A DNA stretch of 63,891 bases, filler included, from Octopus bimaculoides (GCF_001194135.2; 3 parts of 3 records of this genome joined end to end with filler, not necessarily neighbours in it), one strand, 5' to 3'. Positions 26,193 to 39,091 are shown, counted from the whole stretch's first letter. The notes: generated by a model from the sequence alone, not told the origin. A program made the numbers and translations.

Positions 26193-26835
26193 CTTCTGTG
26201 TGTGTGTGTGAGTGTGTATGTGAATTTGTGTTTCTTTATGAGAGTGTTTTGTGTGCTTATAGTTACGTAGGTATAAATGACACAAATTGCAAGGATTAGA
26301 TATTGATGTAGACAAAGAATAAATGAATAGACTCAACAAAACATAATATATATATAATACTTTTTTCAGAATGAGATATAAAAGAAAAACAAGGCTGTGA
26401 AGATCTGAGAACATTTATAAATGGGTCTCAGCGATGCAGGTGAGCACAGTCCGGCAGCTGCCATCTCCCCAAACCGCACCTCCACCACCCCATACCCTCG
26501 ACCCCCGAAAGTGTGCCAATATGTCAGCGCCGAAGCCGGTCGTTTTAGCGGCATGGTCTTGTAGAAAGAGGGACACATTTCACAATGAACGAATTCTTAT
26601 ATGTAAAATTGAGCTTGTGTTTAACTGAAAATTTATATTTTAAGGAAGATTTAGGCTTCACTGCTATTTCAAATAGATTCAATGACCACGTAAGCCAGTG
26701 TTACTTAACTGGGGTCCGTATGACACTTATGGGTCCATATAAAATTTATGTGCAATAAATTTGTTTTAAAATACAAAAAATATTTTTTTAATTGTTTTCA
26801 CAATTCCGAATAATATTCAATAATACAAAAAGAAT

Positions 26836-27052
26836 AAGGAGCGAGTTGGCTGAAACGCTGGCAGGCCGGGCGAAATGCTATGCCGTATTTCGTCTGTCTT
26901 TACGCTCTGAGTTTAAATTCCACCGAGGTCGACTGTGCCTTTCATCCTTTTGGGGTCGATAAATTAAGTACCCGTTGCGTACTAGGGTCGATCTAATCGA
27001 CTGGTCCTCTCCCCAAAAATTTCGGGCATTGTGCCAAGAGTAGAATAGAATA
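26836..27052 (+). mobile_element. SINE family B (short tail)
   Basis: Full head, core and tail. Confidence 0.85.
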
Positions 27053-28931
27053 ATAAAAATATAATAGGATTTTTTAAACATCGACTGGATAAGAATAAAA
27101 CAGGAACCAAAGGCGTCCACTGGAAAACAAAAAAATGGCTGAGAACCACGGACCAAGAGGTTTCTTCTTTCAACACCAGAAAAGTTAATTCAAAGATATC
27201 AAGAATCACATCTAATGAAGTTTACTTAGTTTTGAATACTGCACAATAAAACATAAGATTGCTGCAATAAAATGCCAGGTCTATTCATCCGATACGATGC
27301 CAAGAGTCATATCTTTTATAACGAATGAATTTTATATCAGTAAACGTTTTCATCATAATAAATATAGATGCGATAAAAGTATCATATAAACTAATTTTAT
27401 TTAATAGCAATAGCGTTTGTGCTTTTTCTGACCGGCGTGGTTTGGGAAAAGCTAACTTTCAACTTCTGACAATTTAGTAGACGTGCTTAATTATCGATTT
27501 CTTATGTTTGCTGAGAATCAGAAAGTTTTAGGATTTGGAGCTATAAAACTGGAAATTTCATGATGCCAATAATGAATATTGTTAGTGAAATGAAATGTTG
27601 GTGTGGTTGTCTCGACAGAAATTCGACTTTCCAAGTCGTGATAAAATGGCAGATACAACTTTATGTCGAATTCACTTGAGATTTGAAATTCAGAAGAGAA
27701 CATGAACATGTGGATGGTGCCAGAGGAAAGTTTGACAGAGCTAACTTCCATTTAATTGTTACATGGTTACCCGTTGAAAACATTGCTACACTAGAGGAAC
27801 CTGTAATTTAGAATCTTTTATGCAATCACTTAGCTCCGAGTTCGATATCATCCCGTGCATTTTTGAGTATCTGCATCTATCTTCTTCTATAGATGCAGAT
27901 TGATTCAAGACTTATGATTCATAAGGATAGACGGAAATATTACTAAATGCCACCGGCTGGATAATTTCCTCTTATAAGGTGGTATAACTTCTTGAAGAAC
28001 ACCTCTTTGCAATTGGGTACCTTTAAAAGAGTTCAGAATTTTGCAAACATTCCGACTACGTCTCTTTTCTAAATATATTAAGGGTTTCCTTCTTCCCCCC
28101 CCTCTCTCTCTCTCTCTGTCTCTCAGGTCCATTACACTATTCTCTCTCTGTTGGCTAAGCCAGAAAATTAAACATACTTCAAAAACAAAGTATAAGAACT
28201 TCAATGAAGACTACGAAGCGAACTTAAATCACTGGAGATATTTCCAATATATTTGTAGCAATTTTATGGTGAATAAATAAAATATGTTATTGTTCTCACT
28301 AAACAATTCAATGAATCTAATTTCACCTATTTTTCTCTATCATGAATAAACTTGATGAATATACTTCTAGATCAAACGTTGTTTTTTTTTTGTCTCTTTA
28401 GTTTTTGTAAAACTAAACTGCACCAGTGGTTAGTACCTAACCTCGAGATCAAAGAATTTGCTTTCATATCAAACAGGTTAGTAAAACTTCTATAAAATAA
28501 TAATTAATATGAAATAACTAATATATCACATGAGAAGTACTCTTGCACTTTCGTTCATAAACATACTAAAATATCACAAAAATCTGTCTATAAAATATAC
28601 GTCGAAGGCGGAAGTAATTAATACATGCGGCAATAAAACATTCGCAAGACGGAATCGATTATAAACCTGTCATATTTGGGAAACATTACCATAAAATTGA
28701 ACTTTGTGTCTGTTCTGTTTAGCCCACAACTTTTTACTTTAGACAATAACTTCACGGAATTGTTGCTGTGTTTATTGTACATGTACCGAAAAAAAAAAAC
28801 TTTATATTTTCACAATTGTACATATTCACATCGTTATAAAATATTTTATACAAATATAAATATATACACACACACACAATCATATATATATGAATTTATA
28901 CACTTATACATATACATACATGCACATTATA

Positions 28932-28964
<33 letters not shown>

Positions 28965-29497
28965 NNNNNNNNNNNNNNNNNNNNNNNNNNNNNNNNNNNN
29001 NNNNNNNNNNNNNNNNNNNNNNNNNNNNNNNNNNNNNNNNNNNNNNNNNNNNNNNNNNNNNNNNNNNNNNNNNNNNNNNNNNNNNNNNNNNNNNNNNNNN
29101 NNNNNNNNNNNNNNNNNNNNNNNNNNNNNNNNNNNNNNNNNNNNNNNNNNNNNNNNNNNNNNNNNNNNNNNNNNNNNNNNNNNNNNNNNNNNNNNNNNNN
29201 NNNNNNNNNNNNNNNNNNNNNNNNNNNNNNNNNNNNNNNNNNNNNNNNNNNNNNNNNNNNNNNNNNNNNNNNNNNNNNNNNNNNNNNNNNNNNNNNNNNN
29301 NNCCCACACCCCCCCACACACATATCTTGACAAAATGACTGTAAACAGATAGATAGATCGATTGAGATGTACTAATATATGATATATGAATATGTGATCA
29401 AATTGAGCGTTTATGTATATACACGCAGACGCGAGTGTGTAAAAATATACACGTATGTAAGTATATATATATATGTATACACACACACACACACACA

Positions 29498-29537
<40 letters not shown>

Positions 29538-30270
29538 TAAATACATATGTTTACAAGCATGTTTTTATTTCATCTTAATCATCAATCAACTCAACCGATG
29601 TCTGCCAAAACATTTTGTTCTGATGCAATAAACGTAGGCAAATTTCAAAAGAACGTCCAGATCAAAGGTTTTACTCTGTTGAAGCATTGATGCTATGTAA
29701 ACCCATCTATACCGTTTCCTCTATTTTCCTGTTGTAGACTCTTATACATCAAATGACAATTAGATCCGACGTCTGAAAGAAACTTTTTAAAATCGATTGT
29801 TTCCCATTATTGTGTGTTTTCCTTTGGAGAATATTCGCTTTTATTGCTGGAAATCTAGTTATTTAATAATACTTATGGATCCAACCTTTTAAACGGTATT
29901 CATCTATCATTCTATATTCATCGTTTTGAATCATAATCCCAAGCAAATACCGTGATATCTATATCTATCTACCTATCTATCTGTCTGTCTGTCTTCTGTC
30001 TGTCAATCTATCTATCTATCTATCTACCCATGTGTCTATCTATCTATCAATTTATCTATATATCCATATCTATCTATATCTATCTAAATGTTAATCTACA
30101 CACTCACACACATATATATGTATGTATGCATGTGTATATATATATAAATATATATATATATATTATAGATTATAGATGTATTATATACCTTATATATATA
30201 TGTATGTATCTATATATATGTATGTATGTATATATGTATATATATGTATGTATATATGTATATGTATATG

Positions 30271-30304
<34 letters not shown>

Positions 30305-31129
30305 NNNNNNNNNNNNNNNNNNNNNNNNNNNNNNNNNNNNNNNNNNNNNNNNNNNNNNNNNNNNNNNNNNNNNNNNNNNNNNNNNNNNNNNNNNNNNNNN
30401 NNNNNNNNNNNNNNNNNNNNNNNNNNNNNNNNNNNNNNNNNNNNNNNNNNNNNNNNNNNNNNNNNNNNNNNNNNNNNNNNNNNNNNNNNNNNNNNNNNNN
30501 NNNNNNNNNNNNNNNNNNNNNNNNNNNNNNNNNNNNNNNNNNNNNNNNNNNNNNNNNNNNNNNNNNNNNNNNNNNNNNNNNNNNNNNNNNNNNNNNNNNN
30601 NNNNNNNNNNNNNNNNNNNNNNNNNNNNNNNNNNNNNNNNNNNNNNNNNNNNNNNNNNNNNNNNNNNNNNNNNNNNNNNNNNNNNNNNNNNNNNNNNNNN
30701 NNNNNNNNNNNNNNNNNNNNNNNNNNNNNNNNNNNNNNNNNNNNNNNNNNNNNNNNNNNNNNNNNNNNNNNNNNNNNNNNNNNNNNNNNNNNNNNNNNNN
30801 NNNNNNNNNNNNNNNNNNNNATATATATATATATACAGTAGCTGCTTTCTTGAATGAGAACAAATCCATTGTAGAAAGAATCATTGAAATGAGTCACTGA
30901 TGATGCAATGTGAGGCCCTTATATGACTCTTGAGCCTGGCCAAAGGTTTGTGCATCCTTTTGCGTATTACATAGCTGTGCTGCCTGGCAGAATGAACAGG
31001 CGCCACGGTATGAAATCTTTTGACAAGCCTTTTGAATTCTCCAACTGAAAGTCATTCCTTTCCACAGGTTGCACAAGTTCTGTTGTGAACAATAACCGTA
31101 TCACAATTTACAAGGGATAAATTGAAGAG

Positions 31130-31410
31130 TGGCGATCAGTGACGTGGAGGTACTTGAGAGAAGTGATAGTAGGAGTGTAGGTAGAATCAATGATTCTGTA
31201 AAGTCGTTTGAGTTGGTGTGGACAGCTAATGAACGATGAAAGACTTGCTAAGCAACTTTTCTATGGAGAGTTGGAAGACGGTAGGAGGACAGCGCATAAA
31301 CCCAAAACGAGGTTCAAGGACGGCCTCAGAATTGCTCTGACACAGATAGGAGTTTCAGTTTTTGATTGGGAGAGGGAGGCGCAAGACCGAAATGGACGGA
31401 GGAAGAGAAA
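31130..31410 (+). mobile_element. RTE-BovB-like LINE 3' fragment
   Basis: ISDVEVLERS...LSWCGQLMNDERLAKQLFYGELEDGRRTAHKPKTRFKD...DWEREAQDR. Confidence 0.85.
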
Positions 31411-31454
31411 GTACAGTGGTTGATCGATGTTTGAAAGAGAGAGATAGAGAGAGC

Positions 31455-31486
<32 letters not shown>

Positions 31487-31695
31487 GAGAGACAGACAGA
31501 CAGACAGAAGCAAGCACGAAAAGATCAAGAGAAGGCTTAAAAGGAGTGGACTTGTAGAAAATGCCGGTTGTTTTTTACGCTTAAGATATGTGGGAGGAAT
31601 GCTTGAGTCATGCAGGCCTGGTCAGCCAGTAGGGAACTCACAGCAATCAATCCTTTGGAAATTGTGATAGGGTTACACACACACACACACATATA

Positions 31696-31795
31696 NNNNN
31701 NNNNNNNNNNNNNNNNNNNNNNNNNNNNNNNNNNNNNNNTTAATTAATTAANNNNNNNNNNNNNNNNNNNNNNNNNNNNNNNNNNNNNNNNNNNN
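31696..31795. other. Artificial 100-bp scaffold spacer (44N-TTAATTAATTAA-44N)
   Basis: Identical construct at 62049-62148; the 12-mer places stop codons in all six frames. Confidence 0.9.
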
Positions 31796-32077
31796 ATATA
31801 TATATATATATATATATATACGCATGTATGTATATATGTATGTATGTATATGCGTGCTCGTGTTAATGTTTATATGTAAAAAGAAAACGAGAACAACCTA
31901 ATGTGAAATTCTCAGGAAAAGGCGGAATGCCAATTCTTGTAAAAGACATCCTTTTACAGGATGAATACGCTATTTGGTCAGTGTAAGGGATAAAACCAAA
32001 AACTTACAATGTGTGCCGATAGCTTGGTAAGCATTCAAAAAAATATGTATACAATTAAAGTATAAATGAATACGTGT

Positions 32078-32295
32078 GGTTATGACCCTATCCTCGAGAA
32101 ATTAACGAATGTTGCAGATGTGCATGTGCGTGACACACACGCGCACATCTGCAACATGTGTTAATTTCTTGAGGATGGGGGCCATAACCCCGAAATACTG
32201 AATACAAGGTTAGCCTACCTTAATTCATGTGTTTTCTTGTGATTTGCCTTGCTTTTACTTCGCATTGTTCTGGTCTTACCCACAATTCTTTATAC
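32078..32295. mobile_element. Family P4 divergent inverted pair with hammerhead-like motif at 32165-32203
   Basis: Arms 32078-32123 and 32143-32189; plus arm reads UUGAGGA-U-GGGG(GCCAUAA)CCCC-GAAA. Confidence 0.6.
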
Positions 32296-32455
32296 AATAT
32301 ACTCTACACAATGCCAATAGCAACAGAAGAGTCTCATCAAAAAGATTAAGTTTATCTTTATCTCTTTGATGCGACTCTACTCTATACTGTATTCTCCCTC
32401 TTCGTTTTCTCTCTCGTCCTTTCTCTAATTCCCTTTTTTCTCCCCTTCACCGTTT

Positions 32456-32494
<39 letters not shown>

Positions 32495-33338
32495 CTCCCT
32501 CCTTTTGTCTCTCTCTCGTTGCTCACACGTTACCATCGTCCATCTTTCTTTTCCTCACGAGATCATCTTTCTTTTCTTGCAGGACTGTCCTAAGGACTGG
32601 AGTATCTTATCTTTCTCTTCTATCTTTTCTTTTGTCAAAGAAAATATTTCTCCAGCGTTGGCTATTTTACCCTCGTTCTGGTCTAATGACCCTCCATGTT
32701 TGTTTCGTTCAATTTCCTTGTATATCTCTACTGTCTTGTTTTTGTTCCCAAATTTGACCCTCCATAAATCCCAAATTTTATTTTGGTATTTATGGGAGCA
32801 ACTATCTTCGAAGACTCGTATTGTTGTTCAATGCTCAAAATGAGGAGTAGATAGACAGCCTAAAATTGATGAAGGGTCGTTTTTTATGTTACTTGTCCTG
32901 TTTTCCATCTGTTTCTCTCGTTGTTTGCGTATTGAATTCATTTGCTTTCGTATTTCATGTTGTCTACTGTTGGTGACGTCCTGTACCCATATATGAATAT
33001 ATNNNNNNNNNNNNNNNNNNNNNNNNNNNNNNNNNNNNNNNNNNNNNNNNNNNNNNNNNNNNNNNNNNNNNNNNNNNNNNNNNNNNNNNNNATATAATTT
33101 ATATACATATATTTACAAATACACACACACACACACATATATGTAAATATATATGTATATTGATCATAATGATTCTCCACAATGGAACAATGCTCTACGT
33201 TTAACGGGTTTTGAGCCGATCCCGGAACTTGTTCATTATTGATTCTACTGATCATATTGATGGGTAGGATTAAAAAATAAAATCAACCTAATCGGGTCGA
33301 AGAGATTCGAAGCCAATTATTAAAATGAATGCATTTAA

Positions 33339-33564
33339 GCAGTTAGCATTGAAAGCGGTCATATCCGGCTAAAATATTCTGACTGTTTTATGATCAACTG
33401 GCCAGTGCTGGCCTGTTATACCTACCCTACAATTTCACTCTAGAAATAAAAAAAAATAAATCACATCTTGAAAATCTTGAAGCTATGACATAATGCAGTG
33501 TTCATTCAAAACAATGTGAATAATTAAGCGTTACATTTGACAGCGTAATCTGAAAGCTAAACGC
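33339..33564. mobile_element. piggyBac-like MITE (TTAA TSD)
   Basis: TTAA|gcagttagcatt ... aaagctaaacgc|TTAA, degenerate TIRs. Confidence 0.5.
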
Positions 33565-33614
33565 TTAATCTAACTAGCAGCCATTGTTGCCACTCGACGA
33601 CAGTAACTTAATTT

Positions 33615-34040
33615 ATTTTTTGTTTCCTTTTACCTGTTTCAGTCATTGGACTGCGGCCATGCTGGGGCCCCGCCAGTAAAGGGTTTATCTGAACAAATCA
33701 TCTCACTATTAATTTTTGTTAAGCCTGGAACATATTCTATCAATATTCTTTTTATTTACCTCATAGCTAATTTACAGTTCTTAAGCAAACCTACACCAGT
33801 TGTTAGGTGGGGGGGGACAAACACAACATACGTCATATATATATATGTATCTGTGTGCATGTGTGCGCGTGTGTGTGTGCGCGTGTGTGTGCGCGCGTGT
33901 GTGTGCGCGCGTGTGTGTGTGCGCGCGTGTGTGTGTGCGCGTACACACACATACAATGGGCTTCATTCAGTTTCCATCTGCCTAATCCACTCACAAAGCT
34001 TTGGTCGGCGCGATGCTAGAGCAGAAAAGTATGCATTCAA
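33615..34040 (-). mobile_element. SINE family A (tail, microsatellite, partial head)
   Basis: Reverse complement of the family tail and head around a (GT/GC)n tract. Confidence 0.75.
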
Positions 34041-34224
34041 TAATGTATCCCAGTCCCTGATATAGAAAATATATAAAGTGGCCATGTTTGGAACTTCTAT
34101 GATCATAGCTAGGTCTGTTGTACGAAGGTTGGCCAGGGACTAAACAACGATAACAACAAAATTTCTGATACTAAGAAAAAATATGAAAGCTATCACAAAT
34201 TATGTGATGTGCAAACATTTTGTG

Positions 34225-34374
34225 TCAGTGTGGTAAGAAGTTTGCTTCCCAACCACATGGTTTCGGGTTCAATCCCATTGCGTTGCATCTTGTGAAGTTC
34301 CTTCTACTATAGTATCGGGCCAACCAAAGCCTTGTGAGGGGATTTGGTAGACGGAAAAAGAAAGAATCCCGACG

Positions 34375-34375
<1 letters not shown>
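34225..34375 (+). mobile_element. SINE family A head; tail possibly at 35400-35830
   Basis: Head followed by (TA)n and a gap; a family tail resumes after (TG)n at about 35400. Confidence 0.75.
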
Positions 34376-34417
<42 letters not shown>

Positions 34418-34908
34418 NNNNNNNNNNNNNNNNNNNNNNNNNNNNNNNNNNNNNNNNNNNNNNNNNNNNNNNNNNNNNNNNNNNNNNNNNNNNNNNNNNN
34501 NNNNNNNNNNNNNNNNNNNNNNNNNNNNNNNNNNNNNNNNNNNNNNNNNNNNNNNNNNNNNNNNNNNNNNNNNNNNNNNNNNNNNNNNNNNNNNNNNNNN
34601 NNNNNNNNNNNNNNNNNNNNNNNNNNNNNNNNNNNNNNNNNNNNNNNNNNNNNNNNNNNNNNNNNNNNNNNNNNNNNNNNNNNNNNNNNNNNNNNNNNNN
34701 NNNNNNNNNNNNNNNNNNNNNNNNNNNNNNNNNNNNNNNNNNNNNNNNNNNNNNNNNNNNNNNNNNNNNNNNNNNNNNNNNNNNNNNNNNNNNNNNNNNN
34801 NNNNNNNNNNNNNNNNNNNNNNNNNNNNNNNNNNNNNNNNNNNNNNNNNNNNNNNNNNNNNNNNNNNNNNNNNNNNNNNNNNNNNNNNNNNNNNNNNNNN
34901 NNNNNNNA

Positions 34909-35148
34909 AAAATCAATTTATTTACATAATAGTCAATTTCATATCGCCTACGTACGTTTCAATTTCTTACCTTCATTCATATTTTACAATTAAGATTGCA
35001 TTATGCATTTAAAAGATTAAAAAATTTCTACAGAGAAAAAACTGACAAATATTCGTTTACATCCTAATTGTAAAATATGAATGAAGGTAAGAAATTGAAA
35101 CGTACGTAGGCGATATGAAATTGACTATTATGTAAATAAATTGATTTT
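34909..35148. repeat. Perfect 84-bp inverted repeat with 72-bp spacer
   Basis: 34909-34992 is the exact reverse complement of 35065-35148; the left arm begins at a gap edge. Confidence 0.9.
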
Positions 35149-35374
35149 TTTTCTGTGTTCAAATTCTACGTTTTCTTTATATAGTATCGTTACAATTCGG
35201 TTCTCCTACAACGGATGGATGAATACATCTATAACAACAACTGGAGCTTCATAAGTGTTAGCACCAATATTAACATAAATTAACGAATTCCAGGTATATT
35301 AATCGATATGGAGCTAAAGGTGTGTATGCTTGGATAAAATACTTTCCTGTGAAAGATCAACCTCTTTCCATTCG

Positions 35375-35408
<34 letters not shown>

Positions 35409-35558
35409 ATACATATGTTTGTCCCCTACCACCGATTGATAACCGGAGCTTGCTTTGTTTACGGCCCTATAACTTAGCGGTTCGGCAGAAAGAGGATAAT
35501 AGGATAAGTACCGGGCTTAAAAAATAATAGGTACTGGCGTTCATTTGTTCGACTAAAC

Positions 35559-35799
35559 CAGAGACTCTCAACCATTTTTTACCTAATGGACCCCCCTTTG
35601 ATTTTTATTTTACTCAGATGTGTAAAATAATTCTATCATATTTTTATTGTTGAATAATTTTAGGGATTGTATAAAAAACTTGTTTAAAATCATTTGCGTG
35701 CTGTCAAAGTATAACTATAATTTATTGGACATAAACTTGAACAAAATCTTACGTGGACCCCCAAAGGTCATACATACGGATCCAGTTTGAGAACCACTG
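35559..35799. mobile_element. hAT (Charlie-like) MITE inserted into a SINE A tail
   Basis: TIRs cagagactctcaacc / gtttgagaaccactg; 8-bp TSD gactaaac / gactaaaa. Confidence 0.7.
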
Positions 35800-37063
35800 G
35801 ACTAAAACTTTTAAAGCATGGCTTCAATCGAGTGACAGATTCAAGTAAAAAAATGCTAAAACATAGAAGATATCGTATAAACAACAATGAAGCTTTATGT
35901 CCCCTTAATATGAATATTTTATCTTTCCCTGCCGAATGTGTCGCGTCATAAATTACATTCGCACGGCTCAACCCACAGCATGGCATTGTAGTTAACAATA
36001 GAAATTTCTAGACCTGACTACATAATAGATATAAGATTTAATCTATAAGGTACTCCAGTTACAGGAGTTTGCATTTTAGTTCAATGACATTTCCTCGGTT
36101 TTCTTTTGTCTGTCCTATATTTATTTACACAAGTGACTAGTTTGTTTGTTCTTTCTATTTCGTTTATTTCTTCTTCCCCCCTTTTTTTTATCTTTAATCC
36201 TACCTATATTCTTTTTTTTTTCCTTTTTTCTACAGGTGTATCATCTTGAATATCATACATTGAAAGATGACCATGGTTGGAGTTGACATATTTGAAGAAG
36301 ATTTAGTGAGAGCATACATGCATGGTCTGATCAGCTCACGTTACTCGATATCTTAATACATATTAATGATAATGAGAATGATACTACAAAATATTTCGGG
36401 GTAATGGAAGCAGACATACCTTCGTTGTCTTTATTTATTTATTTATTTTGCATTCTATGAACTTGTCTTTCATTAACAACAACAACAACAAAAGGAAAAC
36501 CAACTCGATTGTAGAATCGTTAGAGAATTGGAGAAAATGCTTTACTGTATTTCTTCTGGTTATTTACGATCCGAATTCAAATTACGCCGAAATCGACTTT
36601 GCCTTTCATTCTTACGAGGCTGATAAAATTAAGTACCGGTCGAACAGTGGGGTTGGTGTAATCGATTTTCTTCCTACCCTAAAATTTCTGGTCTAGCACC
36701 AATATTTGAAACAAGATTGTTATGAGGGCGGCGTAAACCTGTAAGGTCGGGAAGCGTGAGCTTTTCATTACATTCCAGATGCCAAACACCCTCTATCGGT
36801 CTTTTCTTGATCCGAAACTGTAGCTCTGTTAAATAGATGAACTGGGGAAAACCTATCCGACAAACACCGGCCATACCTATTCACCGTCAGCAAATTGCTG
36901 GAGATGCCACATCATTAGCGGGAGCATGTCCAGTCATCAATGTAGTGAAGTGGATTGCAAATGGAGTTCCTGGTCAATCGAACGCGTTTCTTCCATAAAA
37001 AGTAGAAGAGCAGATTAGACTTGAACTCGAGGAAGACACGACTGTTAAGCGGTTAGAAATAAT

Positions 37064-37277
37064 CTTTTCTACTCTAGGCACAAGGCCCGAAATTTTTGTG
37101 GGAGGGGGCCAGTCGATAAGATGGATCCCAGTACGCAACTGATACTTAATTTATCGACCCCGAAAGGATGACAGGCAAAGTCGACCTCGGTTCAATTTGA
37201 ACTCAGAACATAAAGGCAGACGAAATACCGCTAAGCATTTCGCCCAGTGTGCTAACGTTTCTGCCTGCTCACCGCCT
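37064..37277 (-). mobile_element. SINE family B with about 18-bp TSD
   Basis: taagcggttagaaataat (37046-37063) / taggtggtaagaaataat (37278-37295). Confidence 0.85.
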
Positions 37278-37299
37278 TAGGTGGTAAGAAATAATGGAG

Positions 37300-38427
37300 G
37301 CGATATAGGTGTCTTCCTGATGTCTAGCTAGAAGCAAGGGAGCTTCCTAAATGACATCACGTCAAGAAAATTGGATGCGATTGTTGCAACGGAAACCCGG
37401 GTGAAGGAGCCAAGAGATCTGCTCCCCCTCCTGAACGGCTATGAGAAATACGCTTCTCCGAATCGGGCGGGTGGAGGTGGTGGTGGGTGTTGGTCCTACT
37501 AAAAAGAAACCGGGTAGCCGAGAAAAAGTTGGTTTTATTCTGATCCAGAAGGCAGGTTGGTCGTTCTCGGCCTCACATTCAGGCTTTTTGTGGAAGGGCA
37601 GGTCGCCGCTTGTGAAACGCTCTGTCTGTTGTCAAAAGCCGTTAAAGGGAGGTTTAGGGATGCCTTGGTTAATGATGCGCAGGCATGCGTTGAGGTTGAG
37701 GCATCTCTGGATTCACCTGGATGGTGAACGGGTGTGGTCTCCGCTGGCCAGACAAATGTTCTCCGAGTTCAAAAGTTTTTGTGAACAGGAAGCCTGGTGT
37801 TTTCGTAGACCGAGGTCGAGTGAATGGTATAAAGAGTTCCGTAAGGCCCTCCTGCTATTCCGGCGCTCAGGCAACGCCAGCGGTGGTGGTTCTACACAAA
37901 TTTTATATAGTGGGTTGGTAGAGTCTGAATGTGACGATGACCTGGTGGCGACTCTAAGTCTCAGGTATATTCAAACGGACAGCCTGTTCCATCGTAGATT
38001 TGGGTTGAGAATGTTGGAGAACTTCCAAAAGTCCTTGATCTGGTAATGTTACAGAGGTGCCTTGCCCGTTTGAGATAAACTCGCAAGACATAGTAAGCGT
38101 CAGTCTCCGACCTGTCCAAGATGCGGAGAGGACAGGGAAACCGTCCCTCACGTTATTGTCCAGTCTCTGTAGATATCTGAAATGTGGGTTTATGCTGAAC
38201 ACCTGTTGTCCAGCGAAGGAAGTGTACAGCTGTCGACTGAGTCAATTATAAAAATCGACCCACCGGAAGTTTTAACAAACGAAGGTAAGAATTGTTTTCT
38301 CACGGTTGTAGCAATAACGAAAGAAGCAGTATGGAAGACTAGGATAAAAGGGATTAAGACAGGCAAGTTTATATCTGGCCACGATTTACGATCATTTTTT
38401 ATTTTTCATTTGAAAAGGAAGGTGTGA
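37300..38427 (+). pseudogene. Tx1/L1-clade LINE ORF2 remnant: endonuclease N-terminus fused directly to the post-RT and zinc-finger region
   Basis: KQGSFLNDITSRKLDAIVATETR...GGGGVLVLLKRN...DPEGRLVVL, then FLWKGRSPLVKRSVCCQKPLKGGLGMP and CPRCGEDRETVPHVIVQ. Confidence 0.85.
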
Positions 38428-38459
38428 CTATAATAGAAACGATTATTCGGTACAGGCGC

Positions 38460-38610
38460 AACGCGTTCTGAGTTCAAATGCCGCCGAGGTCGACTTTGCC
38501 TTTCATATTTTAGGGCTCGATAAATTAAGTACCAGTGAAGCACTGGGTTCGATGTAATCGAACGGTCCCCTCACCCAAAATTTCAGGCCTTGTGCCTAAT
38601 GTACAAAGGA
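38460..38610 (+). mobile_element. 5'-truncated SINE family B
   Basis: Core and short tail. Further decayed copies at about 36500-36720, 41310-41490, 41730-41930, 46520-46640, 48570-48730, 49625-49770, 49985-50165, 51927-52025 and 55050-55160. Confidence 0.75.
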
Positions 38611-38954
38611 TTATTCTGTACAGGTGCGTGGTGTGCCACAGGTTAGATGTCGAAGTCATCACAAAGCAACGTAAGAATGAAGCGTTTTGCGCAAGAGCAC
38701 AAAGCACTGTCAAGCACGGGAATCGAAACCACGTTCTCGCGTGCAACACTCCTAACCGCTACGCTACACACCTTCATTAGATTTCGCTACAAACAGACGC
38801 TATTTACCATTCATTCCTTTGTCTTGGTGAAACGATTTAGATTACTTATGCTACCTACAGCAGGTAACAGCTTCTCACAGCAGAATCTTCCATCTCAGTT
38901 ACTCGTGACACTTGATGTTGCCTGACACTTGAAGTCCCATGGGTATTTTTTCTC

Positions 38955-39091
<137 letters not shown>

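Noticed and set aside
27930-28025. Minus-strand segment with two open frames between a weak acceptor and weak donor
   Set aside because: Both splice signals are weak and neither peptide is recognisable.
30894-31076. Minus-strand ORF as an inverted 5' part of the adjacent RTE
   Set aside because: Only vague similarity to RT motifs; cannot be supported without an alignment.
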